From NCBI GenBank assembly GCA_963796055.1, contig CAWCKH010000004.1, forward strand, positions 992,001 through 1,056,000: a stretch of 64,000 bases of DNA, written 5' to 3'. The notes under the pieces were generated by a model. It was given only the letters and a program-made list of their open reading frames with translations, was not told where the DNA came from and searched no databases. This document shows, one piece after another, positions 44,831 to 54,815 of this stretch. This stretch comes from an uncultured delta proteobacterium. GTDB taxonomy: Bacteria > Myxococcota > Myxococcia > Myxococcales > Myxococcaceae. How positions within the stretch are numbered: position 1 is the first letter of the stretch; the number at the start of each line of letters is the position of its first letter. Both the position numbers and the translations under genes were made by a program.

Positions 44831-47161
44831 TCAGCCCTTCTTCTTCAGCTGCGCCTCGAGCCGCGCAACCTTGGACTTGAGCAGCGCCGCTGCCTCGGCG
44901 GCGTTCTCCGCGGCGACCAGCTTGGTCTTCAGCTTGGCGATGTCGGCGCGGAGCTTCTCCACCTCGGCGCTACTCGCCGCGGCCGGGGCAGCGGGAGGCG
45001 GCCGGCGCTCCAGCTCGGAGACGCGGGCCGCCAGCGTCTCGCGCTCGCGCTTCTCCTTCATGAACGAGGCCTGCGACTCCATCGCCTTGCGGTTGGCGTC
45101 GGTCAGCTCCTCGCGGACCTTCTTCAGGGCGATGGTGTCCCCACGGAGCCGCTCCAGCTCCTCGGTGAGCTTCCGGATGGTGGCCTCGGAACCCCCGGCC
45201 AGCTGCGCGCTCAGCTGCTCGCGGAGCGAGGTCGACTTCTGCTGCTCCGTCTTGAGCGAGTCCTGGAGCCTCTGGACCTGCGTCGCGACCTGCGCGGCCT
45301 GCGCCTTCGCCTTCTCCTCGGCCGAGCGCGCCGACTCCAGCTCCTTGGCCACCGTCTGTAGCTTCTGCTCCGCACTCTTGCGCTTCTGCTCCTCGCCCCC
45401 GAGCGCGGCCTCGAGCTGCGCAGCCTGGGTGCGCTGGGTCTCCAGGAGCGAGCTCGTCTCCTGGTGCGCCCCCTGGTACTCGTCGAGCTGGCGTCGGAGC
45501 TCGGCACCCTTCGCCTCGGCCTGGGTGCGCTTCTCCACCTCGGTCTGCAGCTGCCGCTCCAGCGCCTTGACCCTCTCGGCGCGGGACTCGCTCTCCAGCC
45601 GCACCGCGCCCTCGGACTTCTGCGCGCCGTGGAGCTGCTGAGAGCGCTCGGCGAGCCTGGCCTCCAGCGCCTTCCGGGCCTGGGCCTCGCGTCCGAGCGC
45701 CTCGTCCAGCTCGGCGCGGGCCCGCTGCTCCTCGGCCTGCATCTGGCTCTGGAAGGCCTCCAGCTCGCCGCGCAGCGCGGCCGATTCCTCGGAGTGCCCG
45801 TGCAGCTGGTCCTGGAGCTGTGCGGCGTTCCGGGTGCTCTCGTCCAGCTGCGCCTGCAGCTCGCGCACCTTGGCCAGCTGCGTCTCCAGGGCCTGGCGGA
45901 GCCGGGGCAGATCCGCCGCCTCCTTCTCCAGATCCGCCTTCTCGGCCTTGAGCGCGGCGAGGGCGGCGCTCGACTCGGCCAGCTCCTCGCTGGAGGCCTC
46001 GGCCATCTGGGCCGCGCTCTCCTCCAGCGCCTGGGCCCGCTGGCGCGCCTCGTCCAGCTCTCCCTCGAGGTAGCGGAGACGGCCCTCGAGCTCGTCCACC
46101 GAGGCCCGGCTCTGCCCGTGTTCCTGCTCCAGCGACGACAGTGACTGCCGCGCGGCCTCGAGGTCCTTCCGGAGCCCGTCTGCCTCCCTGGTGAGCCGCT
46201 CCACGTCGGCGGTGGCGAAGTCCTTCTCGGTGACGGCGCCGTCGCGCTCGGCGGTGAGGGTCCTCACCTCCTCGGCCAGCCGGTCCCTCTCCTGCTCCAG
46301 CCGGTCCGCCACGCTCGCCATCTCGTGGTACTGGCCATTGACCGCGTCGAGGCTGCCCATCGCCTCGAGCTTCTCCACCTCGAGCTGGCGGGCCTTCTCC
46401 TCGGTGGCCTGGAGCGACTCCTTCACCGTCGCCAGCTCCTCGGCAGTCGCGGCGCGGGCGAGCTTCTCCTCGTCGAGCGCGGCCCTCAGCCCGGGGAGCT
46501 CGGCCTCCACCTCGGCCAGGGCCCGCGCCAGGTCCCGCCGGTCGGCCTCGCTGGAGGCCAGGTGCTGCTCGAAGCCGGTGGCCTGGCCCTCGGCAGCGTC
46601 GGCCCGGAGCCGCTCCTGCTCGAGTGCCGCCTGGAGCTGCTCGAGCCGCGCGGGCAGGTACCGGAGCTGGCCGAGCTGGGGGAGCACCTCGTCCAGCTGT
46701 GCCTTGAGCGCCACCGCCACCTCGCGCAGCCGGGCCGCCTCGAGCTCACGCTGCTCGTAGGCGCTCCGCGCCCGGGTGAGCGTCTCTTCCTTCAGCTTGA
46801 GGACGGCGCGGAAGTACTCGAGCTTCTCGTCCAGCGCGATGCCCCGGGGAGGCCGAGGCTCCGGGGGCTCCTGGAACGGGTCTCCCGAGGGCCGCGGAAG
46901 GGCGGGGGGCACCTGGGCCACCGGGACGAGGCCTCCGGTCGCGGCGCCGGGCTGGGCGGGGGCGGGAGCCGCGCTGGACGGGCGGTTCCCGGAGGACCGC
47001 CTCGGCAGGGGCGGCGGAGCGCCCGGGGCCGGAGGGGCTGCCTGCTGGGGCGGCGGGGGAGCCCGTCGCGTAGGTGGGACAGCCGGCGCCTTCGGGGCGA
47101 GGGGTTCGTCCCCGAAGTCCAGATCTTGAAGAGGATTGACGTCTTCCGGTGCGCCGGGCAT
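44831..47161 (-). CDS. Long coiled-coil protein with Pro-rich N-terminus
   Basis: More than 600 aa of Glu/Ala/Leu/Gln/Arg heptads. Confidence 0.85.
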   Translation of the reverse strand: MPGAPEDVNPLQDLDFGDEPLAPKAPAVPPTRRAPPPPQQAAPPAPGAPPPLPRRSSGNRPSSAAPAPAQPGAATGGLVPVAQVPPALPRPSGDPFQEPPEPRPPRGIALDEKLEYFRAVLKLKEETLTRARSAYEQRELEAARLREVAVALKAQLDEVLPQLGQLRYLPARLEQLQAALEQERLRADAAEGQATGFEQHLASSEADRRDLARALAEVEAELPGLRAALDEEKLARAATAEELATVKESLQATEEKARQLEVEKLEAMGSLDAVNGQYHEMASVADRLEQERDRLAEEVRTLTAERDGAVTEKDFATADVERLTREADGLRKDLEAARQSLSSLEQEHGQSRASVDELEGRLRYLEGELDEARQRAQALEESAAQMAEASSEELAESSAALAALKAEKADLEKEAADLPRLRQALETQLAKVRELQAQLDESTRNAAQLQDQLHGHSEESAALRGELEAFQSQMQAEEQRARAELDEALGREAQARKALEARLAERSQQLHGAQKSEGAVRLESESRAERVKALERQLQTEVEKRTQAEAKGAELRRQLDEYQGAHQETSSLLETQRTQAAQLEAALGGEEQKRKSAEQKLQTVAKELESARSAEEKAKAQAAQVATQVQRLQDSLKTEQQKSTSLREQLSAQLAGGSEATIRKLTEELERLRGDTIALKKVREELTDANRKAMESQASFMKEKRERETLAARVSELERRPPPAAPAAASSAEVEKLRADIAKLKTKLVAAENAAEAAALLKSKVARLEAQLKKKG

Positions 47162-47235
47162 CGCCTGACAGGGCAGACTACCTGTCCTTCGGGGGTTTCC
47201 CCAAAAGCCACCGGCCCGACGAGGCTCCATCCTAC

Positions 47236-49837
47236 ATGCCGACCCGCCATCGACTCGACAACGGCCTCACCGTCCTTCACAAGCAGCAGGGGGCCGCACA
47301 CGTGGTGGCCTGGCAGGTCTGGGTCAACGTGGGGGGCGCCGACGAGAGCCCGGACGAGGCCGGCCTCGCCCATCTCCACGAGCACATGCTGTTCAAGGGA
47401 ACCGAGCGCCGGGGGCTGGGGGAGATCGCCCGAGACATCGAGGCGCACGGCGGGGAGGTCAACGCCTGGACCTCGTTCGACCACACCGTCTACCACACGG
47501 TGATGGCGTCCCAGTTCGCGCGCGAGGGCCTGGACGTGCTCGCCGACGCGGTGCGCTTCCCCCGCTTCGACCCCACGGAGCTGGCGCGCGAGTGCGAGGT
47601 GGTGGTGGAGGAGATCAAGCGCGCCGAGGACTCGCCGGCCCGCCGCGCCTCCCGCGACCTGTTTCGCGAGAGCTACCAGGTACACCCCTACCGCCTCCCC
47701 GTCCTGGGGACGCCGGAGAGCGTGCGGGCGACGACTCGCGAACGCATCCTCGACTTCTACCGCCGGCACTACACACCCGAGGCGATGACGCTGATCGCCG
47801 TGGGCGACGTCTCGCTCGCCTCGGTGCGTACCTGGGCCGAGCAGCTGCTCGGCGGCGACTGGGGTCGTCCGCGCGCGCCCGGCCGTCAACGGGCGGTGGA
47901 ACCTCCGCGGACGGGCCGACGCATCTTCCTTTCGGCAGACGAGGCGAAGGAGGCCTGGCTCAACGTCTCGTTCGCCATTCCCGCCGCCAACCACGAGGAC
48001 GTGCCCGCCCTCGACGTGCTGGCGATGCTCGCCGGGCAGGGCGAGACGAGCCGACTCTTCCGCCAGGTGAAGCGCGCCGGCCGGCTGGTGAACGAGATCA
48101 GCGCCTACGCCTACACCCCGGTGGACCCGGGCCTGTTCGGGGTGGGGATGACCTTGCCGGGCGAGAAGGTGCGGCCGGCGCTCACCGAGTCGCTGCGCAC
48201 GCTGGCCCAGCTGGCCACCGCGCCCGCCCGCCGAGGAGGAGCTGGCGACCATCAAGGCGCTGGTGGAGAGCGAGGCAGTCTACGCCCGGGAGACGGTGCA
48301 GGGCCTGGCGCGGAAGCTCGGGCACTACGAGACGACGCTCGGCGGTTTCGAGGCCGAGGAGAAGTACCACGCCAGGGTCGCCGCGCTGACCCCGGACGCT
48401 GTGTGGCAGGTGGCGCGGCGGTACCTCGACTTCGACACCGCGGTGGTCACCGGGCTGCTGCCGGCGGGGGCGCAGCTCACCGAGGCCGAGGTGCACGAGG
48501 CGCTGGACGAGGCACGACGCGAGCCCGGGCGTCACCACCCCGGCGCGCCGGGCGCAGACGGTGCCCGCAGCGGCGATGCCGAAGCTGATGGGTACCGGGC
48601 CCGAGGCGGGGAAGATCGCAGATCGAGACGGCTGGGCAACGGCGCCACCCTGCTGGTGCGCGAGGAGCGGGCGACCCCACTGGTGGCGATGCGGGCGGCC
48701 TTCGTCGGGGGCTTGCGCTTCGAGACCGAGGAGATCAACGGGCTCACCACCCTGCTTTCGCGAATGCTCACCCGCGGTACGACATCGCTCGGGGCCGAGG
48801 AGATCCAGCATGTGATGGACGCCTGTGCGGGCTCCGTCGCCGGAGTGGGTGGGCGGAACTCGGTGTCGCTCCGGGCCGAGGCGCTGTCCCGGCACTTCGA
48901 GCGTGCCTTCACCCTCTTCGCCGACTGCCTGCTCGACCCCGCCTTCCCCGAGGAGGAGCTGGAGCGGGAGCGGCATCTCCTCCTGCAAGAGATCGCCGCC
49001 CGTGAGGACCGACCCTCCTCGCTGGCGTTCGACACCTTTTCCCGCACGCTGTTCCAGCACCACCCCTACCGGATGCCGCAGATCGGCGAGCGGGCGACGG
49101 TGGAGCGCTTCCCCGCCGAGCAGCTGCGCGCGCACCACCGCCGCTTCCACGACCCCTCGCGGATGGTGCTGGCGATCATCGGCGACGTGAACGCGTCCGA
49201 GGCGCTGGAGCATGCGCGCATGCTGTTCGGCGCGACGGGAGAGGGACCCGGTCCGCTCCCCGACGTGCCCCGCGAGGCGCCACCCACCGAGCGACGACGG
49301 GTGCACCGGGTGCTCAGCCGCGCGCAGGCGCACCTGGTGCTCGGGTTCCAGGGGCTCACCCTCTTCGACCCGGACCGGCACGCGCTGGAGGTGCTCTCCA
49401 CCGTCCTCTCGGGCATGGGCGGGCGGCTCTTCACCGAGCTCCGCGACAAGCGGAGCATGGCGTACGCCGTGACCAGCATGGCGGTGGAGGGGATCGACCC
49501 CGGGTACTTCGCGGTCTACATCGGCACCAGTCCCGACAAGCGCGAGGCCGCCGAGGCGGCGATGGAGACCGAGCTGCGCAAGCTGCTCGAGGAGCAGGTC
49601 ACTCCCGCCGAGCTGGACCGGGCGAAGGCGCACCTGGTGGGGACGCACGAGATCGGCCTGCAGCGAAACGCAGCCCGGGCGGCGCTGCTGGCGCTCGACA
49701 CGGCGTACGGGCTCGGCCTCGACAACTTCGAGCACTACGGCGAGCACATCCAGGCGGTGACCGCGGACGACGTCCAGCGGGTCGCCCGGCGCATCATCCA
49801 GCTGGACCGGGCGGTGGTGGCGGTGGTGGGGCCGTGA
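47236..49837 (+). CDS. M16 (pitrilysin-family) zinc peptidase; frameshift near 48230 and probable compensating shifts at 48540-48620
   Basis: AHLHEHMLFKGT (HXXEH), NAWTSFD, second inactive M16 half, RLFTELRDKRSMAY. Confidence 0.9.
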
Positions 49838-50205
49838 CCGCGCCGGCGCTCGTGCTCTGGGATGGCGACTGCGGCTTCTGTCGCCGGAGCGTCCAGTGGG
49901 CGGAGCGCCACGACACCGGCCATGCGTTCCGCGCGGTGCCGTACCAGCAGGCGCCATCGCCGCCGATGACCCCGGAGCTCCGTCTGGCGTGTGCCCGGGC
50001 GGTGCACGTGATCACCCCGGAGGGGACCGTGCTTCGCGCCGGTCGCGCCCTCCTCTGGGTCCTGGAGCGAACGGGCCACCCGGTGCTGTCACGGATGCTG
50101 TCCCTGCCGCCCCTGGTGTGGGCGGTGGAGCTGGGCTACTGGCTGGTGGCCCGGAACCGCCGGCTCGCCTCGCGGGTGCTGTTCCGGGGAGGAGCGGAGC
50201 GATGA
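49834..50205 (+). CDS. DCC1-like thiol-disulfide oxidoreductase (DUF393)
   Basis: WDGDCGFC, YWLVARNR. Confidence 0.9.
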   Translation: MTAPALVLWDGDCGFCRRSVQWAERHDTGHAFRAVPYQQAPSPPMTPELRLACARAVHVITPEGTVLRAGRALLWVLERTGHPVLSRMLSLPPLVWAVELGYWLVARNRRLASRVLFRGGAER

Positions 50206-50507
50206 TCTGCGTCGCCGTCACCTACGTCGTCCTCCCCAACCGCGACGAGGAAGCCATCGACCTCTTCACCTCGATGACCGAGGCCAGTCTTCGAGAACCT
50301 GGCTGCCGGATGTACCAGGTGCACCGGAGCCGCGAGGAGCCGAGGCGCTTCTTCCTCTACGAGCAGTACGACGATGAGAAGGCGCTCGAGGCGCACCGGA
50401 AGAGCCCGCACTTCGAGCAGCACGTGCTGCGCGGGCTGTTCCGCATCCTCGAGAGCCGCACGCCGGACACCTGGGTTCCCCTCCAGCTCCCGGGCAAGCG
50501 GAGGTGA
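50202..50507 (+). CDS. ABM-family putative quinol monooxygenase
   Basis: EPGCRMY, FFLYEQY, AHRKSPHF. Confidence 0.9.
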   Translation: MICVAVTYVVLPNRDEEAIDLFTSMTEASLREPGCRMYQVHRSREEPRRFFLYEQYDDEKALEAHRKSPHFEQHVLRGLFRILESRTPDTWVPLQLPGKRR

Positions 50508-51361
50508 AGGCGGTCTCGCTCAGCCTGGACGTGCCCGAGCCGGAGGCAGAGCGGGTGGAGGCGCTGCTCTGGGACGCGGGGGCGACCGGGCTGGAGATCC
50601 GGGACCGCGAGGCGCCGCCGATGCCGGGCGTGCGCGGGCCATCGCCGGGGGAGGCCATCGTGGTGGCGTGGTTCGAGGGCCGCGGGCCCGCCGAGGCCGC
50701 CCTGGAGGACGTCCGCGCCTGGGTGCCGAGCGCGCGCGGAGTGCTGGAGGAGCCCCCCGACACCGACTGGTCGACGGCGTGGCGGGCCCGCATCCGGTCC
50801 ACGCGCGTGGGGCGGCTGTGGGTGGGGCCACCGTGGGAGACCGCGCCCGAGGGAACGGTGGCGCTCACCATCGAGCCGAAGATGGCCTTCGGCACCGGCG
50901 ACCATCCGACCACCGCGCTGTGCCTCGCAGCGGTGGAGGCGTTCTGCACCGCCCGCCCCGGCGCCTCGGTGCTCGACGTGGGCACCGGCACGGGCGTGCT
51001 CGCGCTGATGGCGCGGAAGCTGGGGGCCGGTCGGGTGGTGGGGGTGGACAACGACCCGATGTCGGTGACGCTCGCGCGGGAGAACGCGGTGCTGAACGGC
51101 ATCACCGGGGTCGAGCTCTCCGGCGCGACGCTCGACGGGGTCGACGGACCGTTCGCCCTGGTGCTGGCCAACATCCTGGCCAACACGCTGGTGGAGCTCG
51201 CGCCAGCGCTGGTCCGGCAGACCGGGGCGCGGCTGGTGCTCGCGGGCGTGCTGCTCCACCAGGAGGACGAGGTGCGGGAGGCCTTCGAGCGTGCCGGGGC
51301 GGTGCCCGCGGGCGGCGACCGCATCGGCGATTGGGTTCGGCTCGACTTCCGCGTGGCCTGA
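50504..51361 (+). CDS. prmA: Ribosomal protein L11 methyltransferase
   Basis: PKMAFGTGDHPTT, LDVGTGTGVL, LANIL. Confidence 0.95.
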   Translation: MKAVSLSLDVPEPEAERVEALLWDAGATGLEIRDREAPPMPGVRGPSPGEAIVVAWFEGRGPAEAALEDVRAWVPSARGVLEEPPDTDWSTAWRARIRSTRVGRLWVGPPWETAPEGTVALTIEPKMAFGTGDHPTTALCLAAVEAFCTARPGASVLDVGTGTGVLALMARKLGAGRVVGVDNDPMSVTLARENAVLNGITGVELSGATLDGVDGPFALVLANILANTLVELAPALVRQTGARLVLAGVLLHQEDEVREAFERAGAVPAGGDRIGDWVRLDFRVA

Positions 51362-51362
51362 C

Positions 51363-52082
51363 GTGTTCCGGGTCCGCCTCGACGTGCCCACGCCTGCCCC
51401 CGAACGCCTCCGGGTGGAGGGTGCGGCGCTGCACCATCTGCGCGTCGCGCGGGTCGTCCCCGGTGAGAAGATCGAGGTGTTCGACGGACGCGGCCGGGCC
51501 TGGGCGGGGTGGCTGGAGACTGTGGACGAGGGCGGCGCCGTGCTCCGCCTCGGCGACGAGCGGCGGGGCGAGACCGGGCGGTCGGTGGTGCTGATCCAGG
51601 GCCTCCCGAAGGGCGACAAGCTGGACTGGGTGCTGCAGAAGGCCACGGAGCTGGGCGTGTCCGCGGTGTGGCCGGTGGTGACCGCGCGGTCGGTGGCGCG
51701 GCCGAAGCCCGAGGCGCTCGGGGCGAGACATGTCCGCTGGCAGCGGATCGTCGAGGAGGCGGCGCGACAATCGGGCCGGGCGGAGGTGCCGGAGGTGGCG
51801 GCGCTCCGTCCACTCGACGAGGCGGTGAGGGCGCTGGTGCCGGGCGTGCGGCTGCTGGTGCTCGACGAGGAGGAGCGTTCCGAACGGCTCGGGCTGGCCG
51901 CGGGCGAGGGCGCGGTGGCAATCGTCGTCGGCCCCGAGGGCGGGCTCGCGCGCGAGGAAGTGGAGACCTTGCGCGCCGCGGGCGGCGTCCCGGTCTCGCT
52001 CGGTCCGCTCGTTCTCCGGACCGAGACCGCGGGACTCGCCGCGCTGGCGGTGCTTCGTCACCTCGACGGCCTGCTGGGCTGA
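51363..52082 (+). CDS. rsmE: 16S rRNA m3U1498 methyltransferase
   Basis: HHLRVAR, QKATELGV, EAARQSGR, VGPEGG, VLRTETA. Confidence 0.95.
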   Translation: MFRVRLDVPTPAPERLRVEGAALHHLRVARVVPGEKIEVFDGRGRAWAGWLETVDEGGAVLRLGDERRGETGRSVVLIQGLPKGDKLDWVLQKATELGVSAVWPVVTARSVARPKPEALGARHVRWQRIVEEAARQSGRAEVPEVAALRPLDEAVRALVPGVRLLVLDEEERSERLGLAAGEGAVAIVVGPEGGLAREEVETLRAAGGVPVSLGPLVLRTETAGLAALAVLRHLDGLLG

Positions 52083-52129
52083 GTCAGCAGGGTGTCCTCC
52101 TGCCGGGACCCGCGTCCCGATGCACGGAC

Positions 52130-52182
52130 GTAACGAGGTGTTTGGCACCTCGACCGGGCACCTCGACCGGGCACCTCGACCG
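52130..52182 (+). repeat. REP-like full hairpin plus two GGCACCTCGACCG right-half copies
   Basis: gtaacgaggtgtttggcacctcgaccg-ggcacctcgaccg-ggcacctcgaccg. Confidence 0.9.
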
Positions 52183-52244
52183 GGAGCGGACAGGCGGGCA
52201 GCCCGTTTCTTGCGTCCCTCCTCCATCCGGCCTTTCATGCCGCC

Positions 52245-54800
52245 GTGTCCAAGTGCCTGAGATGCGGCGCCGAGTTGCCGCCACACGGCGACTGCACGGC
52301 CTGCGAACCGGGCACGCTCCCCGCACGACCGCCGCCGGAGATCCTCAGCCGGGAGATCCCGCTCGATCGCCGGCAGACGCCGCCCGCCACACCCGCGCGG
52401 GCGACCCCGGTGCCGTTCAAGCTGGACCCACCGGGCACCTCGGGGCCAGGGCCGCACATCCCGATGCTGACGCCCATCCCCCGGCCGGGACCGGCGTTCG
52501 ATCCGCGACCGCCCGTGCTCACGCCGGTACCGCATGCCGCTCCGGGCTCGGTGACCGACCCGGACCTTCGCTCGATCGCACCTCCCGGTCCGCCCTCGAC
52601 GGGGAGCACGGCCGGGACGGCGGGGTCCCCGCCGGGCCGCCCGCCAGCGCCGATCCCGACCACCACGACGCCGGCCTGGCCGCGCCCGGCGACGCCATCC
52701 GGCCCCACCACGGCGCCCGCCGCTGCTCCGCGCGCGCCCTCCGCCTCGAATGTTCCGGCAGCTCCCGGCGCTGGCCTTCCCCCACCTCGCACTGCCAGGG
52801 TCGAGCCTTCACTCCCGCCCGCGACGACCTCCGGCCTCCCTGGCCCGATGCGTCCACCGACCCTCGTTCCCGGACACGCAGGGACGGGTCCTGGCCTCGT
52901 GAGCGGCTCAGGCAGCCCCGGAAGCCCGGCGGGGTCGGGCGCACGACCCGCCCAGGCCCCGACCGGCGCGCCGGTGCCGGCGCCCACGATGCCGGGGATT
53001 CCGGCCACGCGGGCTCCCCAGCCGACCGCGCGCTTCGGGGATGAGCCGAGCCCATCTTCGTCCAGCAGCGCTCCCGCAGGTCCGGCTTCTGGAGCCCGAG
53101 CGCACCCGCTCTCCCCTGCGACCGGCAGCGGCGCGGCCTCGAAGCCGCCCACGGGTGACGAGCCGCTGACCTGGCCAAAGGTGGAGGTGTCCACCCCCGG
53201 GGGGCCATCGGGTCGAGTTCCGGTGGTGCCCTCCCGACCCCCGAGTGCACCGTCCGTTCCAGCAGCCGCGCCGGCGCCTCGCGCCGCCGAGGCGCCGCCG
53301 AGAGCTTCGGTCGCACCGTCCTCGCCCGCCGCCTCGCAGATGCCTCGCGCCCCCGACGCGCCACCGAGAACCTCGAGTGCACCGTCCGTTTCCACCGCGG
53401 CGCAGGTGCCTCCTGGCCTCGAGACGCCGCCGAGAACCTCGAGCGCGCCGTCCTCGCCCGCCGCCACGCAAACGCCTCGCGCCCCCGACGCGTCACCCAG
53501 AACCTCGAGCGCACCGTCCTCGCCCGCCGCCACGCAGATGCCTCGCGCCGCCGACGCGCCACCGAGAGCGTCGAGCGCGCCGTCGTCGCCCGCCGCCACG
53601 CAGATGCCTCGCGCCCCCGACGCGCCGCCGAGAACCTCGAGCGCACCGTCGTCGCCCGCCGCCACGCAAACGCCTCGCGCCCCCGACGCGATACCGAGAA
53701 CCTCGAGCGCGCCGTCCGTTCCCGCCGCGCCGCAGGTGGCTCCTGTCTTCGACACGCCGCCGAGAACCTCGAGCGCACCGTCCTCGCCCGCCGCCCCGCA
53801 AACGCCTCGCGGCCCCGACGCGCCACCCAGAACCTCGAGCGCACCGTCCTCGCCCGCCGCCTCACAGATGCCTCGCGCCCCCGACGCGCCACCCAGAACC
53901 TCGAGCGCACCGTCGTCGCCTTCCGCCAGCCCGGCTCCCTCGGCCCAGCCGGAGAACAGGATCCCCTCCCCCGCCGCGACGCCTCACCTCCCCGAGACAC
54001 CCCCGAGGACCACGGGTGGGCCGTCCGTTCCCACCCAGCCCGCGCAGACATCTCCGGTCGCCGTCGCGCGCTCTGCCGCGCCTCCTCCGATGGCCCCGCC
54101 AATCCTCACCCCCTCGGCTCCACGGACTACAGCGCCGCCAGCGCCGCTGTCGCCGAGCATGGCCGAGCTCATGGGCCCGGCACCCCTCCCCACTCCACGG
54201 ATCGAGCCCCGCCCGGAGCTGCCCGCAGCGGCGTTCGCCTCGGCGCCGTGGGAGCCCGGCCCCGCGGCCGCGAGCACGCCCGCGCCCGGCCTGGCGACCA
54301 GCCCTCCTCCGTCGGGAGAGCTCATCGAGGTCCGCGCCCGTCCCGCCGCGCTCTGGCAGCGCATCACCGCCTTCATCGTCGACGGTGCACTCGTCGGAGG
54401 TGTGCTCGCCCTCTACGTCGGGCTCGCGGCCGCGCTCATCGCTCCCCGGGGGGTCTCGGCGACCCAGCTCACCGGCATCGACGGCGTCATGGCCCGGGTG
54501 CACCAGCTCCACGCGGTGCTCGCTCCCTGCGTCGCGCTCGCGCTGGTGCTGGGACTGGTGTACGCCGCCACCTTCGCCCTCCTCTGGAACGGCCGCACCC
54601 CCGGCCGACGCCTGCTCGGCATCCGCCTGGTGGACCGGACCGGCCTCGCGCCGGCCCCGGGAAGGGCCATCGCCCGTGCCGCGCTGGCGGTGGTCTCCTT
54701 CGTCCCGTTCCTCGCCGGGTTCTGGCTCGCCCTGTTCGACCGGCGCGGGCAGACCCTTCACGACAAGCTCACCCAGACATTCGTCGTTCGTCCAGGCTGA
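52245..54800 (+). CDS. RDD-family membrane protein with N-terminal zinc ribbon and long Pro-rich linker
   Basis: CLRCG..CTAC; WQRITAFIVD, GRTPGRRLLGIRLV, QTLHDKLTQTFVV. Confidence 0.85.
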   Translation: MSKCLRCGAELPPHGDCTACEPGTLPARPPPEILSREIPLDRRQTPPATPARATPVPFKLDPPGTSGPGPHIPMLTPIPRPGPAFDPRPPVLTPVPHAAPGSVTDPDLRSIAPPGPPSTGSTAGTAGSPPGRPPAPIPTTTTPAWPRPATPSGPTTAPAAAPRAPSASNVPAAPGAGLPPPRTARVEPSLPPATTSGLPGPMRPPTLVPGHAGTGPGLVSGSGSPGSPAGSGARPAQAPTGAPVPAPTMPGIPATRAPQPTARFGDEPSPSSSSSAPAGPASGARAHPLSPATGSGAASKPPTGDEPLTWPKVEVSTPGGPSGRVPVVPSRPPSAPSVPAAAPAPRAAEAPPRASVAPSSPAASQMPRAPDAPPRTSSAPSVSTAAQVPPGLETPPRTSSAPSSPAATQTPRAPDASPRTSSAPSSPAATQMPRAADAPPRASSAPSSPAATQMPRAPDAPPRTSSAPSSPAATQTPRAPDAIPRTSSAPSVPAAPQVAPVFDTPPRTSSAPSSPAAPQTPRGPDAPPRTSSAPSSPAASQMPRAPDAPPRTSSAPSSPSASPAPSAQPENRIPSPAATPHLPETPPRTTGGPSVPTQPAQTSPVAVARSAAPPPMAPPILTPSAPRTTAPPAPLSPSMAELMGPAPLPTPRIEPRPELPAAAFASAPWEPGPAAASTPAPGLATSPPPSGELIEVRARPAALWQRITAFIVDGALVGGVLALYVGLAAALIAPRGVSATQLTGIDGVMARVHQLHAVLAPCVALALVLGLVYAATFALLWNGRTPGRRLLGIRLVDRTGLAPAPGRAIARAALAVVSFVPFLAGFWLALFDRRGQTLHDKLTQTFVVRPG
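53277..53936 (+). repeat. About ten 66-nt (22-aa) coding tandem repeats, PRAPDAPPRTSSAPSSPAATQM
   Basis: agaacctcgagcgcaccgtc recurring at a 66-nt period. Confidence 0.9.
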
Positions 54801-54815
54801 CGCGCCGCGCCTACA

